Positions 26,210 through 36,700 of a stretch of DNA of 64,000 bases are shown here, one piece after another. Below the pieces are notes generated by a model. The model did no database searches, was not told the DNA's origin, and saw only the letters and a list, made by a program, of their open reading frames with translations. Position 1 is the stretch's first letter. Each line of letters opens with the position of its first letter. Source of the stretch: a virus. Made by a program: the position numbers and the translations under genes. The stretch is from positions 1 through 64,000 of IMG/VR virus record IMGVR_UViG_3300025617_000007; one strand, written 5' to 3'.

Positions 26210-29170
26210 TTAACTACAGTTAATTTCTATATTTACACCAACATTAACTGTTAGAGTTTTATCAGTAAATTCATCATAACAAGTAGTATTGCTAACTGTT
26301 AAGACATTATTTTCATCTATATAATAATTCAAACCTTCTTGATATAAATACTCAAGTTTCTGATTCAATGCGGAAATCCATTGAAGATTAGTCGGGTAAT
26401 CATTATTACCATAACCTGTATAGAATTTTTCCTGTACCAATACATTAGAATCTAACCTAACATCGACATACCATTCACTCACCAAAGTACTTAAAACACA
26501 TTGTGTTGTAGTATATCCAGATTTACTAACACAACTATTAATACTATTAGTTAATATAGTAGGAAGTGAGTCGACACCCACATTACAAGTTATTGTTTGG
26601 TCAATACAGTCATAAGAATAAAGTTGACCATTGTATTCACAAGGAATACAAGGAACTTCAATGAATTCACAACCTCTCTGTCTTCTCCATACATGTTTTT
26701 GTCTTTGTAAGACATTATTATCCATTTTTTGACCACCAATCCATATTGTCGATGCAGGAACCATTTGTTCCACAAGTTTTGTCCAATAGTCACCAATACC
26801 TAATGTAAAATCAATCATTTTTTGGTAAGTAAACTTATTAGACGGAATGTTAACAGTCTCTTGGGATTGGATATATTTCCAATAAATCGATTGTAGTGTT
26901 GGATATCCATTATTGGCACCATCACTAATAGTTTGACGATTCCTCACATTTATTAATGTGTTGTAAAATGTCTGAGCAAATTCAAAAAATGTCTTCTCTT
27001 TAGGCCTTGGATTAATTACCGTCCAATCTTTACCGTACGGTGATGGATATGGTGCAGTTAACCCTGAAGATGGGAAAGGATAATCATACTTTCTAGACAT
27101 TTTCCAAATATCATAGATAATACCCTGACCCATATTAAGATATAATTCAACATTTTTAGCATTTAACACTAATTTTTCATCGAACACCTCGTAATACGCA
27201 TTATACGCCCCATCTCTATTTCTTCTAATACCCGTTTCAGTATCGTCCCACGATTTATTATTATCTATCGTTTTTGTTAGAGTAAACCCAAGATTCATAT
27301 AAGGGAAATCTCTAAATCTGTTAAAATATTTTTGCCCGTAACTGTACGTCTCTAACACTGTTTGTACATCAGAGTTTGCACCTGTAAAGGTTGAGTTATT
27401 CACATCTAATTGTTCAATCGCCCTATGGTCAGGTGTCTGTATATACCAACCCGAACCTTTTTCAAAGAAGAAATCGTTATTTGTTATCGGTCTTTTAGGA
27501 TAACCATTATCATCCATAGGATAATCACCTCTCGTGGTATCCACAGTAATTAACGAACTACTATTTGTGAATCCCGTATACACGTTACCTTGTAAACTAT
27601 ATGTTACTGAAGGGTCTAATGATGGTACCTCATCAATTTTTGTACCTCCCGATATTTTTAAAAATTCACCATTAAATCTTTCAACATTTATTGGACCATC
27701 AGCAACATAAACCACCTCATTAAACTCAATTAATGCTTTCGGAGCACCAACCATTCTTAGTAAAAACTCGATAGATTTTCTCGTACCTTTACTTTTAAAA
27801 AGATATGCTGAATTCAATATTAAATTTCTATAAAACTGAAAGTTTAATTGATTAGGTGTTGGGTCATTTTGATATCCAGGGTATATTGATTTATTTTTAG
27901 TACCAAATATTGAATTTAAAAAGTCATCATTTGTTATTGGTGAGATATTTGTATCCCATCCTAATGTTTGTGCTAAATTTTTAAGTAATGCCGAAGGAAT
28001 ATCATTTTGTGGCGTATAGTGAACTGAATTCATAAATGATAATGCATCTATAAACTTTTTAGTTTCATCAAAACTACGACCATAAATTTGTAACACTTTT
28101 TCTACTTTTTGGTCACCAGTATCAAAGTCCTTAAACGCACCTGTCGTTAAAAAACGAACAATTAAATCCGTTTTATTTTGGTCCATTACCTCAGCAATAG
28201 AATTTAATTGTGTAAGGTATTTTTCAAAATCATTTGTTACAATATCTAAATTCCATAAACCTTGTTTTGGCCATGTAATAGATTTTTTTCTTTTTATAAA
28301 TTTACCATTATTTTGTTCCTCAACAATATCAAAAACTGCAGTATAGGGAGGATTGATAAACCTATTTAATAAAAAATCTTCAACCTCATCAAAAGGTTCT
28401 TTAAATGCCACCTCAGTATGATATTTACTCGGTCTTAATATTAAAGTCTGAATACTACTACTATTCCCCGAAAAAGGATTACCTTCAACAGTCACACTAA
28501 TAGTACCGGCAGATAATGTAGAGGATGGAATAAAGTCAGTTACAATATATTCAACTTCCATATCCTCAACATATAAAGCATATTTTGAGTAATTTTTAGT
28601 TAAATCTCTCAATGGAGTAACCTCCATTGACCTAACTGATATATTACGAGTAGAATTTACAGAATAATCAATATCGAACGGATTAATAAATCTAGACACG
28701 TCCATATCAAATGTAGTCTCATTTTCAGTTTGGTCATAACTAATATTTGATGCCGTATCTACTTTGGTATAGTCTAATGTAGATAAATAATCTACTTGAA
28801 TTGATGCTGGAAAAAAATTAATTATCTTGGTAACTGAAGTTGATAATCTTTTTTGTAATGAACCATATATCGCATAGTTCGTTACTTGACTAATATCATA
28901 ATTAGGATAAACCTTAAAGTTTTTGGCTACAAGAGCCTTTGACTCCTCAATGGATTGTATATCAATATCTTTTAAAGAAATTGGATTCGAAAACACACCA
29001 GTATTAAAGGTTCTATTAACCTTTTCAACTATTGATGTTGAAAATTCAAAATTACCCTGGGTTAAACCTCCACCATCTATTAATTGTAAACCAACCAAAT
29101 CTTTTGAAAATGATTCAGCTCCACTTGGTGGTGCAGGTGGGTAAAAATATTTCTTTTTATTGTTAGCCAT
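26210..29170 (-). CDS. Baseplate wedge-like structural protein (P2 gpI / T4 gp7-like motif)
   Basis: ALLKNLAQTLGW..LILNSAYLFKSKGTRKSIEFLLRMVG resembles the tail-I KGT motif; lies in the gp25-gp6 operon. Confidence 0.5.
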   Translation of the reverse strand: MANNKKKYFYPPAPPSGAESFSKDLVGLQLIDGGGLTQGNFEFSTSIVEKVNRTFNTGVFSNPISLKDIDIQSIEESKALVAKNFKVYPNYDISQVTNYAIYGSLQKRLSTSVTKIINFFPASIQVDYLSTLDYTKVDTASNISYDQTENETTFDMDVSRFINPFDIDYSVNSTRNISVRSMEVTPLRDLTKNYSKYALYVEDMEVEYIVTDFIPSSTLSAGTISVTVEGNPFSGNSSSIQTLILRPSKYHTEVAFKEPFDEVEDFLLNRFINPPYTAVFDIVEEQNNGKFIKRKKSITWPKQGLWNLDIVTNDFEKYLTQLNSIAEVMDQNKTDLIVRFLTTGAFKDFDTGDQKVEKVLQIYGRSFDETKKFIDALSFMNSVHYTPQNDIPSALLKNLAQTLGWDTNISPITNDDFLNSIFGTKNKSIYPGYQNDPTPNQLNFQFYRNLILNSAYLFKSKGTRKSIEFLLRMVGAPKALIEFNEVVYVADGPINVERFNGEFLKISGGTKIDEVPSLDPSVTYSLQGNVYTGFTNSSSLITVDTTRGDYPMDDNGYPKRPITNNDFFFEKGSGWYIQTPDHRAIEQLDVNNSTFTGANSDVQTVLETYSYGQKYFNRFRDFPYMNLGFTLTKTIDNNKSWDDTETGIRRNRDGAYNAYYEVFDEKLVLNAKNVELYLNMGQGIIYDIWKMSRKYDYPFPSSGLTAPYPSPYGKDWTVINPRPKEKTFFEFAQTFYNTLINVRNRQTISDGANNGYPTLQSIYWKYIQSQETVNIPSNKFTYQKMIDFTLGIGDYWTKLVEQMVPASTIWIGGQKMDNNVLQRQKHVWRRQRGCEFIEVPCIPCEYNGQLYSYDCIDQTITCNVGVDSLPTILTNSINSCVSKSGYTTTQCVLSTLVSEWYVDVRLDSNVLVQEKFYTGYGNNDYPTNLQWISALNQKLEYLYQEGLNYYIDENNVLTVSNTTCYDEFTDKTLTVNVGVNIEINCS

Positions 29171-29172
29171 TC

Positions 29173-30081
29173 TTAACTAATTATGTTATTGAAGTTCTTA
29201 CTGAAATCAACATTATCGTCACGGTCCTGACGAACTTCATATAATAGATTATTAAACTCATCACGAATTTCAAATAAGTTATATTGTTTGTAAATGTTAA
29301 GGTCCCTGTCATAAAGTGTGTAAATACCATCTTCCATACTCTTAGTCTGATTACCATATAATGCAATTGCAAGAGTGTCGATATCATGTTCGGCCAATTC
29401 AACGTCAATGGTTATTGGGTTAAAATATGTGTTAGTCATCACAATATTTTGGTTGGGTTGTCCAATAAATGGAGTTGCATTCGCTTTATTCGATGGTGCA
29501 CTAGATGGAGATACCGTACAGAAAATCAAATCACTACCACCGTCAACATATCTATATCTGATAGCTTTTTGAGAACTGTTAGTTAAATTAGTGACTACAG
29601 GTTCACAATTAAAAGCAGAAGTAATAATTCTGTAAAAATTAGGTATCTTAGTTCCATCATTGTTTAGGTACTCGATTCTATACCCCACAAGTCCTTGATT
29701 AGTAAACCTATTTCTATATTGTTCAGGGACACCATTTAAATCAATAATAATTCCTTTAACGTTTGGTAATGCAGATAAAACACCACAATCTGTTATTGTT
29801 GTTCTTATCTCCACAGGTCTAATATACAAAGTATATATACCTATCTTATTAAACTCTTCGGCTGGTAGTTTTAAATTATACAACCCACCTAAAATTTCCA
29901 CATCCGCATTACCTCCTGTATTCGCATTATGAAAATATGGTGTTAATACATCTGCGGCGTTTAGTTTTTTTAAGACAAAATTAGTTGTCACGTCTCTCGA
30001 TGCCGTATAATTTAAAATTATCTCAACATCTTCGGGAGACATGTCAGCAGGTCTTACTGTTCCGTATGTTCCTAATGCCAT
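29173..30081 (-). CDS. Hypothetical virion structural protein
   Basis: 302-aa ORF tightly packed in the structural operon. Confidence 0.55.
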   Translation of the reverse strand: MALGTYGTVRPADMSPEDVEIILNYTASRDVTTNFVLKKLNAADVLTPYFHNANTGGNADVEILGGLYNLKLPAEEFNKIGIYTLYIRPVEIRTTITDCGVLSALPNVKGIIIDLNGVPEQYRNRFTNQGLVGYRIEYLNNDGTKIPNFYRIITSAFNCEPVVTNLTNSSQKAIRYRYVDGGSDLIFCTVSPSSAPSNKANATPFIGQPNQNIVMTNTYFNPITIDVELAEHDIDTLAIALYGNQTKSMEDGIYTLYDRDLNIYKQYNLFEIRDEFNNLLYEVRQDRDDNVDFSKNFNNIIS

Positions 30082-30085
30082 TTTT

Positions 30086-31168
30086 TTATTCTTTCTGTTT
30101 GTTTATTTTAAAGTAACCATAACCATATGATACTAAGTCACCCATGTTGTCAACTTCACCTAATCTCTGTAAAGATTCGAACCCTGATAACTTACCTCTC
30201 TCAATAAATATTTCCGATTGTATTTCTGGTGAGTCAACTACGTTAATTAATACTTCTTGTTTGGTAATTGCTGACGCAACCATATCATTATTAGTTAAAC
30301 CTGAAGAATTAATCACGTAAAAAGTGGTCCCATCAGGGTAATCATAGTAGTTTACATCATTAATTGTATAAGATGTAAAATTATTTGTTATTTGATTAAC
30401 TTTACCGTATGGCTGACCCCCTTTTTGTACTGTTACCGTTACATCGTAAGGTATCGACCCATAAAGCTTTAAATCCTGTAATCTTGAGCTAGTGAAACCA
30501 CTAACCGTAAAAGGCGTTGTCGTAAAATTATTAGACGTTTGACTCTGAACCGTATTTGAACTATCACCCGTAAACAAATATTCATAACTAATAGGTATTC
30601 CTGACCAATTACCACCTTGGGGAGTAAATGTAATATTACCATTAGGGTTACCGATAGTAACTCCTGACATTGGGAGATATACTTGCTTTTCAATTATTGT
30701 CTGACCCCACGGATTATTTTGAGTAAGTGTTATAGTATAATTAGAGTTAACACTAGGGTAGACATGTGATAGATATTGTGGAGATGTTGAAGTTAGAGGG
30801 TCAGTATTACCGTCACCCCAATTTACAGAATAATCTGAAAGCTTTAAAAACCCTTTCATTTCATCAGAAGTATTAAACAACCTAACAGTGTATTGATTAT
30901 TAGGGTCCCCACTAACAACAAAATTAGTAACCACATCTTTTTGTAAAATAAAACCGTCAAAAGGAGTGTAAAACCCCAAATTATCGTATGTTTGTCTGAA
31001 AACAATAGGTACCGTCAAACCTGTAAGTAGACTACTTCCGTTGGTTCCTCCACTAAGTATGTTTGTCATACCAGTATATACACCAAAAGTGTCACCACTG
31101 AAGTATTCAGTAATAACATCTCCTTTAATCGTTTCGGGTGATATTTTTATGTAGTTTTTTTCTTCCAT
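30086..31168 (-). CDS. Structural protein with a PKD/Ig-like domain
   Basis: YSVNWGDGNT..LSHVYPSVNSNYTITLT fits the PKD consensus. Confidence 0.6.
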   Translation of the reverse strand: MEEKNYIKISPETIKGDVITEYFSGDTFGVYTGMTNILSGGTNGSSLLTGLTVPIVFRQTYDNLGFYTPFDGFILQKDVVTNFVVSGDPNNQYTVRLFNTSDEMKGFLKLSDYSVNWGDGNTDPLTSTSPQYLSHVYPSVNSNYTITLTQNNPWGQTIIEKQVYLPMSGVTIGNPNGNITFTPQGGNWSGIPISYEYLFTGDSSNTVQSQTSNNFTTTPFTVSGFTSSRLQDLKLYGSIPYDVTVTVQKGGQPYGKVNQITNNFTSYTINDVNYYDYPDGTTFYVINSSGLTNNDMVASAITKQEVLINVVDSPEIQSEIFIERGKLSGFESLQRLGEVDNMGDLVSYGYGYFKINKQKE

Positions 31169-32028
31169 TATTGTGGGTTTACATATTCATACCAAACTAT
31201 GTTTTCAGTATCGGTACCAACTCTTCCTTGATTACCCCATGTTTTATAAATCTCATATAGATAATTAGTATCGTCTAACACAACTTTATAATAAAAGTAT
31301 TCTTTTTTATCAAAATTAAATTTATCACTTAAACCCGATTGTGGCCTATTCATCATTCTAACAAATTGACCTTCTTTAGCGTTAAAGAATTTGGCCGACA
31401 TATAAAACTCATTATAGGGAATATATTCTCGACTTTTTAACCAATAAATAAAATAACCCTCTTTATCTCCTGTAAAATTTAAATCAAAGATAGGTCTCCT
31501 AACTTTAACAGGTTTAGGTACTGACTGAGTACCGATATCCACATTTTCGTATAAACCTTGCTGTGTAGGTATAATTATGGTAAAATAAATTTGTTGATTT
31601 TCTATATCATTAGTATCGTAGAAATCTAACTTAAAGAAGCTTCTCTTAAAAGAATTAACATAGTAATAAAGTTCTTTATCTGTAAACGTAATACCACTAA
31701 AGTTTAACGCAACGGAATCATCAACATAATTGTAATCTGCAACCCATAAATTACTATCAGTGTTTAATGTTGTATTAACATCTTTAATACGATTAAAAAA
31801 ATTAAAACTATAAAAGGTATTTGTGTTTTCAATACCATTATTATCTAACCAAAACTTGTGAGAATATCTCGTAGTTTCAAAATCCTCAACAGGATTTATA
31901 ATTTCCTCTAAGACATCATCTTCATATTGTTGTAATAAATCTTCTCTACCCACATTTTCAAACTTTACTTGAAATGGTAAGTTAATCTGAGTATCAGTAT
32001 CTTTTACAGTAAATCTAAATTTATTCAC
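31168..32028 (-). CDS. Hypothetical structural protein (GTG start)
   Basis: Overlaps both neighbours (TAATG junction at 31166-31170). Confidence 0.55.
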   Translation of the reverse strand: MNKFRFTVKDTDTQINLPFQVKFENVGREDLLQQYEDDVLEEIINPVEDFETTRYSHKFWLDNNGIENTNTFYSFNFFNRIKDVNTTLNTDSNLWVADYNYVDDSVALNFSGITFTDKELYYYVNSFKRSFFKLDFYDTNDIENQQIYFTIIIPTQQGLYENVDIGTQSVPKPVKVRRPIFDLNFTGDKEGYFIYWLKSREYIPYNEFYMSAKFFNAKEGQFVRMMNRPQSGLSDKFNFDKKEYFYYKVVLDDTNYLYEIYKTWGNQGRVGTDTENIVWYEYVNPQ

Positions 32029-33745
32029 AGTTATCAGTTATAGGTAAGTATATTATGTCATTTAAGACGTTATTGTTTTTCTGCATTGGAGTTAACATAA
32101 AATCTATTTTTTTGAACGGGTAATGAGCGTTATTTAGGAACGGTACGTTAACTCCATTACCACTAGTATCTACATACCCATACTCGTAAATATCCCTCCA
32201 TCTCCATCTTCCTTCGTATGTTGAGTAAAAAGAATAGTCGGGTATGTCAGTAACTTTATCCGCATCTCCTGTTTCAATATAATCAGAATACGCTCTAATA
32301 GGTACACTGTAATGGGGATTATATGCATAACCTGAAGGCTTAACAGGTGTGTTACTAGTTAAGAAAACATTACTATTGAATGATATTTTATGTGACATTT
32401 TCGAAACAACCGTTTCTTTCTGTTGAAATTTATTCCATTCACATATATCACCTTTTAATTCATGTCCTTTAATTAAATCTTCATTATAATAAAAGGTCTT
32501 ACCACCTTTTGTGTAACTATTAAATGGTACATCACCATTATTGTCATTGTTGGTTTTATCCCACCAACTATCTATAGTATTTTCCTTAAAGTTAAAGTCC
32601 CAACCTAATTCTAACCCTGATGGGTTCGTAGATACTACAGGATTGTTGAACCAACCCATATAACCTTTATTTATTATAGTCACAAATAATTCGGTTATCG
32701 GTCTGTCAAGATTATCCATTAAACCAATTATATCAACATCTCTATCTATACTAAAACCAACCGTTTGTCTATTATCTTTAACAGATATTCTTTGTACATT
32801 ATTTGGAGTTAATGCTGAATATTCAATTTTCTTTTTAACAGGAAAATTATTTCTTTCAAAACCCATTTTATGTAAATCGACATTTTGGACTTCAGTTAAT
32901 GTTTTATGTTTTCTAATATAATACTCCGAAATAGTTTCACCTGAATTATTTGGGTCAATCACTCTTTTTAAATTACCAAAATATCCGTCATTAAATGTGG
33001 TTCCCGTAAACCCGTAGTCGTACACATTTAAAACTTTATCTTCATTACCAAATGATTGGTCACCAATACTATATACTTCAAATAAATTCCTACCATTTAC
33101 AGGTACCGGAAGATAAATGTAGTCACCAACATTTACATTGTGTTTATAACCACAATAAAAACTAACCATTCTTTTACCATTAACAACTCTGTTTTTTATA
33201 ACATATGGAACCCCATCTGACACCACAAAGTCATTAGTATTTTCATAAATTTCATCAGTATATGACATTGGTTGATTATAATAGTTACTTGAAGGATAAC
33301 TAACATATACTGACCAATTATAAGTACCTGCACTTTTGCTTTGAAATTGGACATGGTTAGGTATTGAACTCGTTCTATAAAATGTAAATTCATCATATTG
33401 AGGGTATCCCCTCCATGCAGTAGGTCCTGGACTCGTAACTTGTGCCGCGGTTAACTCATTAGTATAATACAAGTAATTTGCGAATGGTTGGTAAGATGTT
33501 AAACCCGTAACACTATTATTAACCAAATTTGTTATCTTACCCGATATTCTAAATTTTGTTGATATTTGTCTTTCATGGTTAAACCTTTCCTCTAAATTTA
33601 ATAAGACATTTCTATCCCCTTCTATCTTTTGTTTATTTGCACCATGTAACGGTACTTGAATAAACAAATCAGTGTCAGGAGAACCAACATACCTATCTGA
33701 ACCTCTTACAATTCTAATATTATCGTTATTTTTTTGATTAGACAT
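32021..33745 (-). CDS. Hypothetical structural protein
   Basis: 574-aa ORF translationally coupled to its neighbours. Confidence 0.55.
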   Translation of the reverse strand: MSNQKNNDNIRIVRGSDRYVGSPDTDLFIQVPLHGANKQKIEGDRNVLLNLEERFNHERQISTKFRISGKITNLVNNSVTGLTSYQPFANYLYYTNELTAAQVTSPGPTAWRGYPQYDEFTFYRTSSIPNHVQFQSKSAGTYNWSVYVSYPSSNYYNQPMSYTDEIYENTNDFVVSDGVPYVIKNRVVNGKRMVSFYCGYKHNVNVGDYIYLPVPVNGRNLFEVYSIGDQSFGNEDKVLNVYDYGFTGTTFNDGYFGNLKRVIDPNNSGETISEYYIRKHKTLTEVQNVDLHKMGFERNNFPVKKKIEYSALTPNNVQRISVKDNRQTVGFSIDRDVDIIGLMDNLDRPITELFVTIINKGYMGWFNNPVVSTNPSGLELGWDFNFKENTIDSWWDKTNNDNNGDVPFNSYTKGGKTFYYNEDLIKGHELKGDICEWNKFQQKETVVSKMSHKISFNSNVFLTSNTPVKPSGYAYNPHYSVPIRAYSDYIETGDADKVTDIPDYSFYSTYEGRWRWRDIYEYGYVDTSGNGVNVPFLNNAHYPFKKIDFMLTPMQKNNNVLNDIIYLPITDNCE

Positions 33746-36700
33746 TATCCTACTATTGTTAAATATTTAGTAATAAATTTATTCATAGCACTTTTACCTC
33801 TTTTTAAACCGAAGTAAAAATAGAATGGTGACCCTACACGATATTTAGGGTTATTTGTCGGAATTATACTCACATCATCGTTATCACTATAAAGATACCC
33901 TGTACCTTCAAAAGATGGTGATTTAGGGTAATCCCCTCCCGTACCTAACGTATCGTTTTGGTAATTAACCTCAATAATTCCATTACCTGTAGTATCCCAA
34001 CCATTTTCTTGATTACCAAATAAGTTTGAAGTATTGTTTACATTCCACCGATAAGATGGGACCATTTGCGAATTAGGGTATCCAAATTTATTAGATAATG
34101 TAGGTGAAAATTGTGTGACACCAGGACCTATAATTTTTCTATTTTCAGTATTTGCGGTAAACCATATACCCATCAGAGCATCACCACCAACTGAACCCAC
34201 AAAAATATCATCCGCATAGTTATTATCAATATAAGGAATAACACCTAACTCAGAATTTATAGACACCATTTGAACATAGTCAGCATCCATTCTAGCATCG
34301 GTAAATCTATTACCAAAACCACTTTGTCTTGAGAACGATGCAGAAACTGTATCATCACCTAAGTTAAATAATTTCTCTAAAAAACCTCTATTAACTAATC
34401 TACTAATGATAAATAAGTTTAGTATCCCTGACATATCTTGATATGATGTACTTTTTAACTCACTCATAACATAAGACTCAAACTCAGGACTTAACATAAT
34501 TTCTTTTAAAAAGTCTGTCTTAGGTCCTAAATCCATAATTGTCGTAGGGAAAAATAATTGTCTATCATTTTTACCCGGATATAAAGTATTTAAATCCAAC
34601 CCCGTAAATTGTCCGTTATAATAAGGTGTTGAACGATAATAAAAGGAATTACTATCAGTATTAAAATAAATAGGACCTTTAAATTCTCGATTTTGAAAAA
34701 ACATTCCGAATTTACTTTGTCCTGGGTCTCCACAAAATTTATATCTTCTAACCTGATTATTACCATCAAAAAATGTTCTTTTTTGAAATGATGGCATATA
34801 TAAATTACCATTAACCCAATTATTTTGAAAAACTTGTCCGAAAACTCCTCTACACGCAGCAAAAACATACCTAAATCTCGCTTTCCATTCGGTAAAGTTT
34901 TTAATATCTTTAGGTATCGTTTTAATATACTTAGGTTTTATTAAGAAATAACAACCTCCAGTCATATCTTCATCATTACAGTCAGGATTACTAGTGTTAA
35001 TTCCAAAGGTAGTACCCTCACCATCATAACAATTTAATGGGACCATACCATTACAAGTAAAACTATCCAAAACACCTGAGAGTTGAGGATTTATACCTCC
35101 ATCCGCCATATCCTGACCCGCCGATGAACCGTCAGTAGCAATTGATGTCTGTCCCGGAGGTTGAGACTGAGCACCATCATCACTAATTTCAAAAATCTTG
35201 AAATCTTCACTTAAGTGAAAGACAAAGTTTTGAATACCGGTATAATTAGGCGCATAACCTTTATCAACTCCACTAGAGCGAGGTAATCTATCACTTCTAA
35301 AAACTATCGGTTGATTAGTAGAACTATTAACATTAATTAAAGTAGTTGTCGGGTTTGGAGATAAATCACCATAGGTTGTTGACACCGTAAAAACGTCAAC
35401 ACTATTATCAATTATGCTATGATAAGTCTTTTTAACGTATTGGTATGTCGAACCCTCAATCCTATCTTGGATAGTGGATGCATCTATTACAAATTTATTA
35501 TCATTGTTGGTTACAACACCATTGGATTTAGGTAATAAATTTGTAATTGACTTATCAATAGATGAATACCTTTTTATTGCACTAGTGGTGAATGCGGTAA
35601 ATTTAGTTTCATCGACTTTATACAAAAAAGAATTATGAAATAATGGTGACATATTTGAAGAATTATTAGTATTACTAATCCAATCACCCCCACTACGACA
35701 AAAGTGTGGTGATGGGGTCATAACATCTTCTCTCCAAATATTTGAACCTGAACATATAGAATTACCTCCATTATGTTGAATAGGTACGTTTAAGTAGTAT
35801 TCACCTGACACTGTAGAGGTGCCGTAGTTTTGACCAAATAATTTTGATAAGTCATATCGTATTTCTTGTTTTGGTGAATGTGGGTCCACACCTCTATTCA
35901 TTATGACCATAACCAAATTACGATAATTACTATATTGTTTCAAAGTATTAAGGTTATTAATACCTGTAAATAGGTCATGTCCACAATTAAATAGTGTTAT
36001 TTTACCTATCAAATATTTCCACAAAATTGATTTAGTTGTGTATGGCGCAGTAGACCCCGTAATGGTATCAATAATATTACCCATAGTTGTGGCACTTATG
36101 ACTTGGAAATACTCAACACCTGATTCAAATCTATAATCTTGTTCAAGTATCACCTCATTATAAAGCTGTAGATTTACAGATTGTGGGTTACCTCCGTTTG
36201 GTGGTTGATAACTAATCGTTGATGGGATATATGAGGTACTATTGTGTGAAACCGTACCTGTTATAGATTGAGTACCATACTGATTAAGTGTTGCACCTGT
36301 AACGTTAGGGTCATTAATTCCGTTTAAATCTTCAAACGTCAACAACTGACCAGGATTATACTGATTACCCGATTCAAGTACCATTATTAATGGTAAATCT
36401 TCAAATTGATTAACACCTGACGATGGGGTATTGTAGGTTGCGGACGGAAGTTGAGAGTTCACTATTTGAGTCCTAATAATATTAGGAGTGTTAGTATCAA
36501 AATACCGACTTCTTTGGTTTATTAAGTTTAATGATTGAGCCAAAGATATAGTATTTGTTGCCCTAAAATGGTTCTTATTAAGAGTATTACCATTAGTATT
36601 AAAATATAAAGGTGTTTTATACCATTTAAGACTTAATCTAGTATTAAGACTGTCATTAATCGCTTTAGGTTTCCAACCTCCAAGTGCATAACCATAAGAT